From a virus (Duplodnaviria; Heunggongvirae; Uroviricota; Caudoviricetes): a stretch of 64,000 bases of DNA. A program made the position numbers and the translations under genes. Positions 27,881 to 37,029 of this stretch are shown here, piece after piece (positions within the stretch are counted from its first letter, which is position 1; each line of letters begins with the position of its first letter). Below the pieces are notes generated by a model, which saw only the letters and a list, made by a program, of their open reading frames with translations, was not told where the DNA came from and ran no database searches. The stretch is from IMG/VR virus record IMGVR_UViG_3300046522_000748; one strand, 5' to 3'.

Positions 27881-28522
27881 TTAAACCGCGAGGCGCTGGC
27901 CTTTACGAACGAGATGGCGCCCTTCTGCGCGCAGGTCTTCTACCGAGTATCGGCCACTGCCGCTGTCGGGAACGTTGAACGTAATCGTCGGGAAGCGGCT
28001 CCGGTAGTAGGCTTGCAGTTCATCAAGCGATTCCCAGATTTCTGCAAAGCAAAAATAGTAGCCATTACCGAGTGGCTCAGCATTCAGCCGGATGATACCC
28101 AGATCCTGCTTCATGGCTATGTCGTGCTCGTATTGGTGACCACCGATGGCGTCATACACGTCCACGAGTTTCACATTGTCTTGCAGCAATTTGACCATGT
28201 ACTCGGCTGTTTCAAGTGCCAGTTGATAGGCGCCAGCGAGAACCTTGGTCTGAGTGATGTTCAGGTCGCGAGGCTCACCCCACAGGTTTTCAATGCGAAC
28301 AAGGTAGGCCCGCTCGCCAATGATTATGGCCCCTTCTTGCTCGATTGCTGCACGATGTTCGTCATCACGGAGTTTGAATTCAATCATGCTGACACTCATG
28401 TGCCCTTTCCAGGCAGGCTTTGGGTCGGAGTAATTGACGTTCGGATAAATGATCATGGTGATGTCATTCAAGCCGTGGACAAAACTGCGACGAAACGCAA
28501 AAGTGAAATCATTCGATGACAT
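27881..28522 (-). CDS. hypothetical protein (family with 27171..27851)
   Basis: LGNGYYFCFAEIWESLDELQAYYRSRF. Confidence 0.7.
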   Translation of the reverse strand: MSSNDFTFAFRRSFVHGLNDITMIIYPNVNYSDPKPAWKGHMSVSMIEFKLRDDEHRAAIEQEGAIIIGERAYLVRIENLWGEPRDLNITQTKVLAGAYQLALETAEYMVKLLQDNVKLVDVYDAIGGHQYEHDIAMKQDLGIIRLNAEPLGNGYYFCFAEIWESLDELQAYYRSRFPTITFNVPDSGSGRYSVEDLRAEGRHLVRKGQRLAV

Positions 28523-28534
28523 GCTGTGCCCTGC

Positions 28535-28984
28535 TCAATGAGTGTAATTGTATTGGATGTTCTCTGAGACGATCACGGGCGTCAACACGACATCGGTGAT
28601 GCGCTCTTCGTGATAGCTGATCGGGCTCGACAACTGAATGATCGTCCCGTCATCGTCGCCAAACTGAAAGCTGGTAGCCTCTTTGTCGCGCTCGATGCTC
28701 GCGGCGGCAGAGCGAGCCATTTGCTCGTTGCGAAAGACCCAGATAATTTCACCGTTGCCGGTGGCGCAGCCGAACGAGTCGGCCTCGTTGTAAACGATGT
28801 GCAGCACCCACACACGATCACCGTAGGCAACTGGCCCGGCAATGTTGAGGGTTTCGTATTCCACAAGCGGGCGCTTGAGGGAAACGGCCTCGATGTTGAA
28901 TTTGTACACCGCGCCCCAGTCATATCCTTGAGGGCTGCTCCACGATTTTTCGGTAATTTTTTTGAATTTTACGTGAATTTTCAT
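28535..28984 (-). CDS. hypothetical phage-type protein
   Basis: AGGA RBS; VWVLHIVYNEADSFG. Confidence 0.7.
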   Translation of the reverse strand: MKIHVKFKKITEKSWSSPQGYDWGAVYKFNIEAVSLKRPLVEYETLNIAGPVAYGDRVWVLHIVYNEADSFGCATGNGEIIWVFRNEQMARSAAASIERDKEATSFQFGDDDGTIIQLSSPISYHEERITDVVLTPVIVSENIQYNYTH

Positions 28985-29370
28985 CGTGCGTCCTGGGCTC
29001 AATCCGGTTCGGCAGGCGATTGCCTCCGCTTTCCCTCTAGGCCATTCAGTCGGTATCTCTTAGCGCGGATTTTCGCCTAAGCCATTTTTTTGATGTTGTC
29101 ACTATACTCCCCTCTGTCACGATTGTCAATGCAAAAAACTGTCATTCTGTCTGACTAGACATTGGTTTTCAAATTTCAACAAACGAAATTGTGTCGCATG
29201 CGACATGCGTTTTTTGACCTTTGACTATTCCATTTAGAAAACTATTGCGGTGATTAAGGCTGCATTATTATAGTCGAAATATAATTATTGTTCTGCCTAA
29301 TTTACAAATGATAATTTCGTGTAGAATACAATTATTCGTTAATAACAATAAAAATAAAACGAGACAATCG

Positions 29371-30537
29371 ATGAAGAAATTACACATCGCAATTCTTGCG
29401 GGGTTGGCTGCATTTTCTCAGCTTTCCAGTGCGCAACAAAATCACAGGATTTACTTTCCACTCAGTGAAACAGTACCCGCTAAGAGTAATCCTGGTGAGA
29501 TTGACCCAGGAGAAACCATTCCTGATGAAAATTATGATCCTGAGGTTTGGCGACAGATTGATCCGGTTTATGGTGAATGGGCAAACATTACTACACCAAA
29601 TTGCTCTTATTGGTATCCATTGACTTCCGATGTGGCAAAAGGCGCAGCATTCAATCAGGTTTCCTACGATTGCGCCGTTCAACAGAGTCGCACTGTTCAG
29701 CGCCGTATATTGAATAACAACACAGCTGAAGTAAAAAACATTGGCGCCGTATTTAAAGAAACCCAAGCCGCAATTGTATTTGATAGCAGGCCATCAGTTG
29801 GCACCGGGGAAGAGTGGTTGCCGTTTGACCCGCTTTATTCCAGCTGGGCCGCGACCTCGGAGCCTTACGGTTGTGCTTCATGGAGTCCATCCGCCACAAG
29901 TGTAACGGTTGCATCGACCTTTACACAAAATTCTGACTCTTGCCTTATCTCGCAGCAGCGCACTAAAACCAATCAGGAGCAGGAGAGATTTTCTCTAGCT
30001 ATTCGTACCGCTGGGGCTCCCATTAATGAATCGCAGGTGCTGAACAATCAGTCATCGACCAGGAGTTATACAGTTAAAGTATCTGATTGGGCTGACAATG
30101 GCCAATATTCAGACTGCACTGGGTGGTTGCCGCTGACCTCGACTCAAGCGACTGGAACTTTTTTTACGCAAACTCAAACTTGTACTGCCACGCAGGCCAG
30201 AACAATTAACGGCTTTATTGGATCGACCCCAGACCCTGAATATAAAACGGTGACGCAAACCCAATCGGTTCCAAATAAAACAAGAGCGCAGCAGGCTGTA
30301 GGCACAATGGCAGAAAAGGTCTGTAAGGGAGACGCTTCCAACTATATGCAGGCGCTCAACACTTGGAACGGAAAAGTCGGATACACCATCGCTTGGAATG
30401 GTGTAAACATTCTTTACACCGAGACTTCAACGCCTACGACTTATACAAAAGATGGGTATACCTACACCAGAGATTATGCTTTCTACCGTGACTCTACGGT
30501 ATCGAAATATGTAATATGTCGAGAGGCAGCCCAGTAA
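29371..30537 (+). CDS. secreted Trp/Cys-repeat protein
   Basis: signal peptide MKKLHIAILAG; three W..C..W.P...FTQ..C..Q.RT repeats; distinct C-terminal domain. Confidence 0.8.
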   Translation: MKKLHIAILAGLAAFSQLSSAQQNHRIYFPLSETVPAKSNPGEIDPGETIPDENYDPEVWRQIDPVYGEWANITTPNCSYWYPLTSDVAKGAAFNQVSYDCAVQQSRTVQRRILNNNTAEVKNIGAVFKETQAAIVFDSRPSVGTGEEWLPFDPLYSSWAATSEPYGCASWSPSATSVTVASTFTQNSDSCLISQQRTKTNQEQERFSLAIRTAGAPINESQVLNNQSSTRSYTVKVSDWADNGQYSDCTGWLPLTSTQATGTFFTQTQTCTATQARTINGFIGSTPDPEYKTVTQTQSVPNKTRAQQAVGTMAEKVCKGDASNYMQALNTWNGKVGYTIAWNGVNILYTETSTPTTYTKDGYTYTRDYAFYRDSTVSKYVICREAAQ

Positions 30538-30541
30538 CAAG

Positions 30542-30581
30542 TGTTTTTTACATTGACAGTATGTCGATTCTGCGCTATTAT
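30542..30581 (+). promoter_or_regulatory. sigma70 promoter TTGACA-17-TATTAT with variant operator TGTTT-N7-TGACA
   Basis: same variant as TGTCA-N7-AAACA read on the other strand. Confidence 0.75.
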
Positions 30582-30608
30582 ATCACTTCACTACGGAGAT
30601 CTTTCATC

Positions 30609-30695
30609 ATGAAAATTGGTAGCCAAGAAGACAAAGTACCGGGCATCGGTGCGGAAGAAATTGGTTCGCAGGAAAGCGGCGTCGGCGAGGGCTAA
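30609..30695 (+). CDS. 28-aa peptide MKIGSQEDKVPGIGAEEIGSQESGVGEG
   Basis: GGAG RBS right after promoter; internal IGSQE repeat with synonymous codon changes. Confidence 0.55.
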   Translation: MKIGSQEDKVPGIGAEEIGSQESGVGEG

Positions 30696-30739
30696 AATCC
30701 GCCTGCTTCTCATCAATTCTACTGAACAAGGAGCCTGCC

Positions 30740-30766
30740 ATGAGCGTTGGATTCGGCGACAGCTAA
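30740..30766 (+). CDS. 8-aa minigene MSVGFGDS
   Basis: AAGGAG RBS 6 nt upstream; followed by terminator. Confidence 0.45.
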   Translation: MSVGFGDS

Positions 30767-30796
30767 AAACAGGGGGCAGTGCCCCCTGTTTCTTTT
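30767..30796. terminator. bidirectional intrinsic terminator
   Basis: AAACAGGGGGCA-G-TGCCCCCTGTTT. Confidence 0.75.
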
Positions 30797-30798
30797 AC

Positions 30799-31344
30799 TC
30801 ACTCAGCAGAATGGTCGAGTGCCAGCGCGTAATCTGTCATGTCGTGCGCTGAGATCGAATAGCCCCCTGATGTCAGATAGTCTCCTGCCACAGCAATCAT
30901 TGGCTCAGGACTCCAGCTTACGGCGATGTGCAGTTCATCTCCTTCAATTTCCAGAAGCCTCATCAATTCCTTTGTTAGCATGAGTGCCTGGACGGTTGCC
31001 TGCTTTTTGAAGGCTTTGAAATCGGTGGTCAGCGCTTCGTATGCGTCCAGTCCGTAGTTATTGATGATGGTGCCCGGTTCAATCGCCCATTCGTTGTACA
31101 CAGTTTCGCCTTGGCGAGTCTTGCCGATGGCCACCGCATTCCTGGCAATCACGTGCGATTCCAGTATCGTTATGGACGACTCCTTTCGTATGCCCCTTCC
31201 CTCCTTCACAAATGTTGTTAGTTCATTGTTAATTTCGGATGTGTTAGGTAATCGCAACAATGTTTCGGCTGTTTTCTGATAATGGGGAGCCCTTTCCAGC
31301 ATCGCTTTGATTGCTGGACGGCCTAAATAATTAATGCAGTTCAC
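30799..31344 (-). CDS. hypothetical protein, PGDYG-like C-terminus
   Basis: AAGGTG RBS; SW..PMIAVAGDYL..GYSI. Confidence 0.65.
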   Translation of the reverse strand: MNCINYLGRPAIKAMLERAPHYQKTAETLLRLPNTSEINNELTTFVKEGRGIRKESSITILESHVIARNAVAIGKTRQGETVYNEWAIEPGTIINNYGLDAYEALTTDFKAFKKQATVQALMLTKELMRLLEIEGDELHIAVSWSPEPMIAVAGDYLTSGGYSISAHDMTDYALALDHSAE

Positions 31345-31374
31345 GGATCACCTTTTTATTTTTATTATATAACG

Positions 31375-31405
31375 AAAAATCCCCGCTCGTGGGCGGGGAT
31401 TTTTC
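31375..31405 (-). terminator. intrinsic terminator
   Basis: AAAAATCCCCGC..GCGGGGATTTTT. Confidence 0.7.
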
Positions 31406-31481
31406 TGTATCTGATGATGTTACCTCTACCGCAGGAATACAAAAGAATTATCGGCGGCGATCACATTTAGTTTGTTGCAAA

Positions 31482-31853
31482 TTAATAGTTCTGGGGAAAG
31501 ATGATAAATTGCACATGTTCAATCAGGTTGCTATCAAGCCCGTGTCGTTTCAGTACATCAATAATTTCCTCTCGGTCTTTCTGGTAAGTCTCATTGAGCT
31601 TTAGCTGTTTTGCAATCAGATCTGCCGTCGTAATCAGCTTTCCAAACACCCCGGCTTCTCCTAGATCTCGAAAGATCACGGTGCCCCATTCCTTACCTTC
31701 GTTATCTTCAGTGAACGAAACAAACTCGATTCCGGCAGACCCGCAATCGGTTTCTTCTTGGTGCCTGATTACCTGCTCGTATTGTTCATCGGTTAAAAGA
31801 TCGCCATGAAATCCATATCCGAAACGGTTGTAAGATTGCATCTGTGCCCCCAT
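31482..31853 (-). CDS. hypothetical protein
   Basis: ORF; start uncertain. Confidence 0.6.
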   Translation of the reverse strand: MGAQMQSYNRFGYGFHGDLLTDEQYEQVIRHQEETDCGSAGIEFVSFTEDNEGKEWGTVIFRDLGEAGVFGKLITTADLIAKQLKLNETYQKDREEIIDVLKRHGLDSNLIEHVQFIIFPQNY

Positions 31854-31934
31854 TTGTTGTTGAGAGGGATATATTATCACAGATTCGATGAGCGTTAAAC
31901 GCTCAGCCCGGCGTTGGCCGGGCTGATTTTTCTT

Positions 31935-32459
31935 TCAGTAAATATTGGCAGGATCGTTGAGCTGGTACACCTTTTCGATCAGGTGGCTAGACTCTTGAAC
32001 GATCCGAAATTCGATTGGCCAATCACCATCTTCAAGCAGCTTTTGCTTGGCAAAGTGCTTCAGATTATTCAGTGTGAAATATTCACAATTCGGAAAGGTC
32101 ATCAAGTCCTTATAAACACCCGAAAAAAAGCTTTCATCGTCACGGGTCGCGAAATTCAGCGTTTTTCCGAATGCAGTAACCACCTGAATATAGAAGTACT
32201 CACGGTGGCCTTCAAACAGGCTTGGCTCTGAGGCGATCAGGCCGTTGACTCGACCCAGCATGGCTTCCTCGGTCAAAGCGTCCAGGCGGTCTACCATCTC
32301 ATAAGCCAGCAGTCGATTGATGCGCCAATCGCTTACGCCCGGCGTGTTCTCGTTGTGGTGCTCTTCGGTGATGAGACCAACAGCTTTGCCTTTTTCATCG
32401 ACCACATGAAAAACTCGAACGGCAGGATTGCGGGAGCGAAGGCGTTTGATTTCTAGCAT
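31935..32459 (-). CDS. hypothetical protein
   Basis: first ORF after promoter. Confidence 0.7.
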   Translation of the reverse strand: MLEIKRLRSRNPAVRVFHVVDEKGKAVGLITEEHHNENTPGVSDWRINRLLAYEMVDRLDALTEEAMLGRVNGLIASEPSLFEGHREYFYIQVVTAFGKTLNFATRDDESFFSGVYKDLMTFPNCEYFTLNNLKHFAKQKLLEDGDWPIEFRIVQESSHLIEKVYQLNDPANIY

Positions 32460-32488
32460 GAGTCAGATCCGGATGGGTTTGTGTAGTA

Positions 32489-32528
32489 ATTATGCCAAAC
32501 CCCTGATGAAATGTCAATGCCACTGACA
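32489..32528 (-). promoter_or_regulatory. sigma70 promoter with exact operator (32512-32528)
   Basis: TTGACA-17-CATAAT; TGTCA-ATGCCAC-TGACA. Confidence 0.85.
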
Positions 32529-32552
32529 ATCGGCGGCATTGAATTATTTTGC

Positions 32553-33149
32553 TCATGCCGCAGACGTTTGTTCAGCGTCGTGATTCTCTTTCGTTGCAAG
32601 CCTGATTTTAATGCAGCGCGATTCAATACATCCCGCTGAGATGAGTTGTATGAGAACCCCAACGCCAAATACGAAAAACATCGGATTTTTATCCGCAACA
32701 TACGCATACATATCTACACTCATGAACAATACTGCCTGAGCGAAAAAAAGCCAAAATGTTACACGCTCTAGCTTCTGCGAAACATCAAATTTCTGGCCAG
32801 CGTTGATCAACTTTACTCCTACACAACTGGCCCACAATCCAAGAAGCAATAGAGCTGGCTGAACAAACAGGTGAATACTGACGCCAAAATCCAGCGCTAC
32901 AGTAATCGCAACACCAATAGCCTTGTATAGGGCTAGGGCAGTGTCACTCGCAAAGACAATTTTGAGAACAGCGCCTATCGCTGGAAAAATCGTATCAAAA
33001 ACAGCCCCGGCGAAACTCATCAGCGGCCCAATAAAACTGTATAGTCCGTATACTGCCAGTGCGCATAGTGCAACGGCTGCAAGACATTTGATGCTTTCCC
33101 TTGTGAGATCAATTTCATTTTTGGGTTCAATCTGTTCAACTGATGTCAT
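32553..33149 (-). CDS. multi-pass membrane protein
   Basis: 5-6 hydrophobic helices. Confidence 0.7.
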   Translation of the reverse strand: MTSVEQIEPKNEIDLTRESIKCLAAVALCALAVYGLYSFIGPLMSFAGAVFDTIFPAIGAVLKIVFASDTALALYKAIGVAITVALDFGVSIHLFVQPALLLLGLWASCVGVKLINAGQKFDVSQKLERVTFWLFFAQAVLFMSVDMYAYVADKNPMFFVFGVGVLIQLISAGCIESRCIKIRLATKENHDAEQTSAA

Positions 33150-33344
33150 GGGTCTCTTCCTAAGTGAGTCAGTTTATTGGTTATGTACTGTGGGCTACGG
33201 CATTGATTAATCCGATAATATATGTAGCTTTTGGAATTTGTCAATTTTGATTGACGTCAGTTCGGCCTTCTACTTGGCGAGCTTTCCCTGTTGACCATGC
33301 TTTGCATGAACAGCCCAGGCGGTTGGGCTCGGCCTCCCTTTTAT

Positions 33345-33383
33345 TGACAATCATGTTGACATTTGTCGTGATGGGCGTATAAT
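33345..33383 (+). promoter_or_regulatory. sigma70 promoter with 1-mismatch operator TGACA-N7-TGACA
   Basis: TTGACA-16-TATAAT. Confidence 0.8.
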
Positions 33384-33410
33384 GGCTGAATCAAATCCTC
33401 GGGCGCTCAC

Positions 33411-34433
33411 ATGCAAATCATCGACAGCCTCACCCAGCAAATCATTGAAACGGGCGAAGACATTCTGATCATGGTAATGGTCAATGCGCGCTCCGAAAAC
33501 AACAGTGTTGGCTTGGTCACTCGGCAGGCAGAGCAGTACCTCCTCGCGAGTTTGCCGATCAGGGCGCGCTGGTCTGAGTATGCCTTTGAGGTCGAAGATG
33601 ATCATCAATTCGCAGTCACCTCGTTTCTGAAGTCCATTGGCAAAGAAGATCAGTCCTTCTCCGAGGTACTTGAAGCGCTGTGGGCCAACGGGTCGAAAAT
33701 CGTCGAGCAGGCGCCGTGGAATTATTGCTCCAATATGACGGAATATTCTATTTTTGCCGTCAAATACGGAACGCTCGATAAGCTGGCGAACACAACTGCC
33801 GTCCGTGAAAACGTGCCTTTTGACTTTGAGGACGAACACGCCGAACTGGCTGCCCAATTTATCGCGCCATATCTTGAGGTCGTTGCGGCCATGGAAAACA
33901 TCCACGACCTGGAAGGTGAGGAGCGTCGCGCTCGTTTTGATGCCATGGAGAAATACCATCGGGTGATCAAGCTGCGCCACGACCAGAGCTATCAGGAAGA
34001 TTACGCAGGCCTCAAGATGCCTTATGCAGTGAGTGCGTTGCGGTCGCGGGATGACTCTCTGTTCTCCCATAAGCTGCTCAAAGTGCTGTCTCTCATGGAG
34101 TTTGGGGCCGACGTTGGTGCTTTTGATGTGGCGGGTTATGCTGACTTCTACAAGTCGGTTCACTTTGCCTGTGCCATCAAGCACGCAATGTCCCACCTTG
34201 ATTTGCCTTTTGCGCCGACCTACTGCGCGCAATCGAAATTTCGTGAGCAATCCAAGATCGAGTTTTTGTCCAAAGTATTGGTTGAGGAGTTGCTCGGCTA
34301 TTGCGAAGAAATCGGCGCCTACAACACTGATCCGGTGGCCGATATCGACAAGCTGGCAGCACCGTTGAAAGGTGCGGTGGCAGATCTGGCTAAAGTGCGG
34401 CGTGATCTGGAATTTCGTCAAAAACAACGCTGA
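33411..34433 (+). CDS. hypothetical protein
   Basis: 340 aa directly after promoter. Confidence 0.75.
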   Translation: MQIIDSLTQQIIETGEDILIMVMVNARSENNSVGLVTRQAEQYLLASLPIRARWSEYAFEVEDDHQFAVTSFLKSIGKEDQSFSEVLEALWANGSKIVEQAPWNYCSNMTEYSIFAVKYGTLDKLANTTAVRENVPFDFEDEHAELAAQFIAPYLEVVAAMENIHDLEGEERRARFDAMEKYHRVIKLRHDQSYQEDYAGLKMPYAVSALRSRDDSLFSHKLLKVLSLMEFGADVGAFDVAGYADFYKSVHFACAIKHAMSHLDLPFAPTYCAQSKFREQSKIEFLSKVLVEELLGYCEEIGAYNTDPVADIDKLAAPLKGAVADLAKVRRDLEFRQKQR

Positions 34434-34450
34434 TGACTGGGCGCAGCAGA

Positions 34451-34490
34451 TGTCATTTGTATTGACATCTGCTCTATTGACGGCTATAAT
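34451..34490 (+). promoter_or_regulatory. sigma70 promoter with exact operator (34451-34467)
   Basis: GCAGATGTCA-TTTGTAT-TGACATCTGC; TTGACA-17-TATAAT. Confidence 0.85.
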
Positions 34491-34523
34491 TTAGCTTATA
34501 CATAACAGATAATTGGTGCCCCA

Positions 34524-35180
34524 ATGTCATACGTACCGAACCCTGCTATTGAGGCGGCTGCAAAGCTCCTGGATATGAAGCAGCATCCGCTGTTCTTGCG
34601 TCGTATCAGCTATGGCATGTCACTCAATGACAAAAAGTCCTCTTCAGTCTCTATCGATTATGACCTTCGGGATGTGGCGGCTCGGTTCAACGATGGCGAC
34701 ACCATGACGCTGATCTACAACAGCGTCAAACAGCAAGACCCTGATTGCGACCTGAAAGTGGGTGACGATCATGTCTATTTTGACTGTGAGCTGAATTCCG
34801 GCCTTAATCATCGCCATATGCGCCACACCAAGGCTTGCAAGGCCTATCTGGCGTACATGAACGACATGGTGGATACACGGGCCGTGGTCGAAGGTTTGGT
34901 GCGTGATCAGGTGTCGATTAAGGACATCACAGCCCTGCTGACGCAGATCGGCAGTCGTACCTATGAGCTGGGTTTGACCGTTCCTGATAAGCCGGTGCTT
35001 TTGGTGATTGGTGAGCACTTCGTTGCCCTGGGCAAGCTCTGGGATCGCCGCCAAAGCGCGCTGAACGCCCTGAAAGAGGTGTTCGACGGCCAGATCACAA
35101 TCGTCAATGGTAACGAGCAAGACAAAATCTACTGGTGGTTTGCTTATCACCATCTCGGCATCAAGTGCCTCGCCAACTGA
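34524..35180 (+). CDS. hypothetical protein (distant member of the 27171/27881 family)
   Basis: IGEHFVALGKLW...ALKEVF. Confidence 0.7.
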   Translation: MSYVPNPAIEAAAKLLDMKQHPLFLRRISYGMSLNDKKSSSVSIDYDLRDVAARFNDGDTMTLIYNSVKQQDPDCDLKVGDDHVYFDCELNSGLNHRHMRHTKACKAYLAYMNDMVDTRAVVEGLVRDQVSIKDITALLTQIGSRTYELGLTVPDKPVLLVIGEHFVALGKLWDRRQSALNALKEVFDGQITIVNGNEQDKIYWWFAYHHLGIKCLAN

Positions 35181-35198
35181 TATTTACGGTGACGATGT

Positions 35199-35570
35199 AT
35201 GAGTTTTGAACTGACTCGCATAACCCACTGGAAAGATCGCGGGTACGGTTATGGCGGCGTAATCAAATGTATCGGACTTACCGTTCCTGAAGCGCTCGAC
35301 ATGGAATTGCCGATACTGCCTGACGGTTGGGAGTGGGGCCAGTTCATGCGAATGCGAGACGCGAAACAAGGCCCGGCGCGCAAAGTGATTTTCTGGCGCA
35401 GTGACGAAGTAATTCATTTTGATTGCCACTGTTCAAAAGACGTGTGGGAAATACGTGAAGAAAATTGCCCGATCAAAATCATCAAAGCAGCAGCCGAAGA
35501 GCATGCAAGGAATGGCAGGCTCAAAGGTAAAAACTGGCTGGAGCAATGGATCAATTTGCACGACCGTTAG
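35199..35570 (+). CDS. hypothetical protein
   Basis: ELPILPDGWEW resembles ELPKLPKGWKY in 20159..20731. Confidence 0.6.
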   Translation: MSFELTRITHWKDRGYGYGGVIKCIGLTVPEALDMELPILPDGWEWGQFMRMRDAKQGPARKVIFWRSDEVIHFDCHCSKDVWEIREENCPIKIIKAAAEEHARNGRLKGKNWLEQWINLHDR

Positions 35571-35643
35571 GGGAGACGACGCAGGCCGAGGCAGCAAATC
35601 CTTTGCGGCTACCTTTTAGCACGTAAAGCGTTTACAGCGCCGG

Positions 35644-35673
35644 TCATGTGTTATACTTTTGTAAAACACATGA
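35644..35673 (+). promoter_or_regulatory. toxin-antitoxin promoter/operator
   Basis: TCATGTGTT-N12-AACACATGA overlapping TG-n-TATACT. Confidence 0.65.
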
Positions 35674-35685
35674 TTGGAGATGGTC

Positions 35686-36018
35686 ATGAGCAAAGTATCC
35701 CTTAGGCGATCAGGTGGCTCCTTGATTATCACGGTTCCAGCCGCGTTCGCCGTGCAAAACAATCTTGAAGCAGGTAGCGAAATGTCGTGTCTAATTGAAG
35801 GGGACGCCCTCGTGCTTAAGCCACTTCGTAAAAAATTTACCCTTGAGCAGTTGCTGGCAGAAACGCCTGAGCACTCACTTCTTGAAGAGTGGGAAAACAT
35901 GCCTGCCGTGGGTGCCGAGTTTGGCGCAGATGTACCCGCGCCAACCCCGCTTGTTTCGGACGAACTGACAGCGGTCGTGCTCGCACAGGAAAACCAAATG
36001 CTGAAGGTAGATCGCTGA
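35686..36018 (+). CDS. mazE: AbrB/MazE (PemI/ChpS-like) antitoxin
   Basis: LRRSGGSLIITVP...KFTLEQLLA...WENMPAVGAE. Confidence 0.9.
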   Translation: MSKVSLRRSGGSLIITVPAAFAVQNNLEAGSEMSCLIEGDALVLKPLRKKFTLEQLLAETPEHSLLEEWENMPAVGAEFGADVPAPTPLVSDELTAVVLAQENQMLKVDR

Positions 36019-36368
36019 TGTCAAGGATTCCTGATCGCGGTGAAATTTGGCACATCACATTTGACCCAGCAAGCGGCACGGAAATGAAGGAGAAGCACTT
36101 TTGTCTGGTGCTCTCGAAAAAGGGCTTCAACGACAAATTTGGTCTGACCATGGTTTGTCCTATCTCAGGTGGCAACTCTGCAATAGCCAGGAGTCAAGGC
36201 TTTCTCGTGACTCTGATGGGGCTAGGAACCACAACGAGTGGCAACATCCATTGCCATCAAGTAAAAATGCTCGATCTCCGCTCTAGAGGCGGAAAATACA
36301 TTGAGACCATTGATAATCCGGATGTCATTCAAGACATTTTGGATCGCGTTGGTGTAATCCTTCAATAA
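36018..36368 (+). CDS. mazF: MazF/PemK (ChpB-like) endoribonuclease toxin
   Basis: PDRGEIWHITFDPASGTEM..LVLS..FN..MVCPI...QVKMLDLRSR; TGATG coupling to antitoxin. Confidence 0.9.
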   Translation: MSRIPDRGEIWHITFDPASGTEMKEKHFCLVLSKKGFNDKFGLTMVCPISGGNSAIARSQGFLVTLMGLGTTTSGNIHCHQVKMLDLRSRGGKYIETIDNPDVIQDILDRVGVILQ

Positions 36369-36412
36369 ATAACCCTGGCGCAGCCCGGCATCCACTCATA
36401 CAGAGAACTACT

Positions 36413-36988
36413 ATGGACAGAATTGACCCTGACGCCGAGCCCTTTCGTTTCGAGCCCGCAAAGCCCGTGGCGCGCTTGCACATCACCTTCCAGGACAGCT
36501 GGCCTGATGTGCGGGTAGAGGTGCTGGATGGTGAGTCTCTTCAAAGACCCGTAGTGGATGTCTTTACTCACTCGGAATCGGAGGAAATCCAGCGACTGCG
36601 GGACGAACTGAAGAAAATCACGGCGAACCGCGACAGTCTTTGTGCTGCCAACCATCGTCAGGCACTTCATGAGGCCGAGGTTGACGCAGAAAACGAACGA
36701 CTCAAAGTTCAGTTGGCCCAGCGAGACTCGTTGCTTACCAAATGGATGGGGTTGACCACGGTCGGCTTGATTCCGACCCTGAGTTCTGAGGGTGTCTCCG
36801 ACTTCTCCAAGGTCGCATTGGGCGAGGTCAAAATGCTGTACCGCGACAGTGAGCAGCTTCTTCACCCAACGCTTCCGAGCAGAGATTTGAGCCTGTATTC
36901 GGCACCCACGGCGGCACGCCGCCCTGTGCGCCCATGCCAGCAGCCTCAGGCCCATCCGGCACGCTGTGGGTGTGAAGAGCAGGAATAG
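36413..36988 (+). CDS. hypothetical phage-type coiled-coil protein
   Basis: 191 aa ORF. Confidence 0.6.
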   Translation: MDRIDPDAEPFRFEPAKPVARLHITFQDSWPDVRVEVLDGESLQRPVVDVFTHSESEEIQRLRDELKKITANRDSLCAANHRQALHEAEVDAENERLKVQLAQRDSLLTKWMGLTTVGLIPTLSSEGVSDFSKVALGEVKMLYRDSEQLLHPTLPSRDLSLYSAPTAARRPVRPCQQPQAHPARCGCEEQE

Positions 36989-37029
36989 AGGCGCCAGATG
37001 CTGTCTGCGCCACGTGTGAGGCATAGACC

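Noticed and set aside
28985-29095. Riboswitch in the ~110-nt leader of 28535..28984
   Set aside because: Only short stems and no recognisable aptamer consensus.
30616-30852. 78-aa Lys/Arg-rich ORF from the track
   Set aside because: TTG start poorly spaced from the RBS, and it runs through the terminator and into the convergent gene; the ATG at 30609 fits better.
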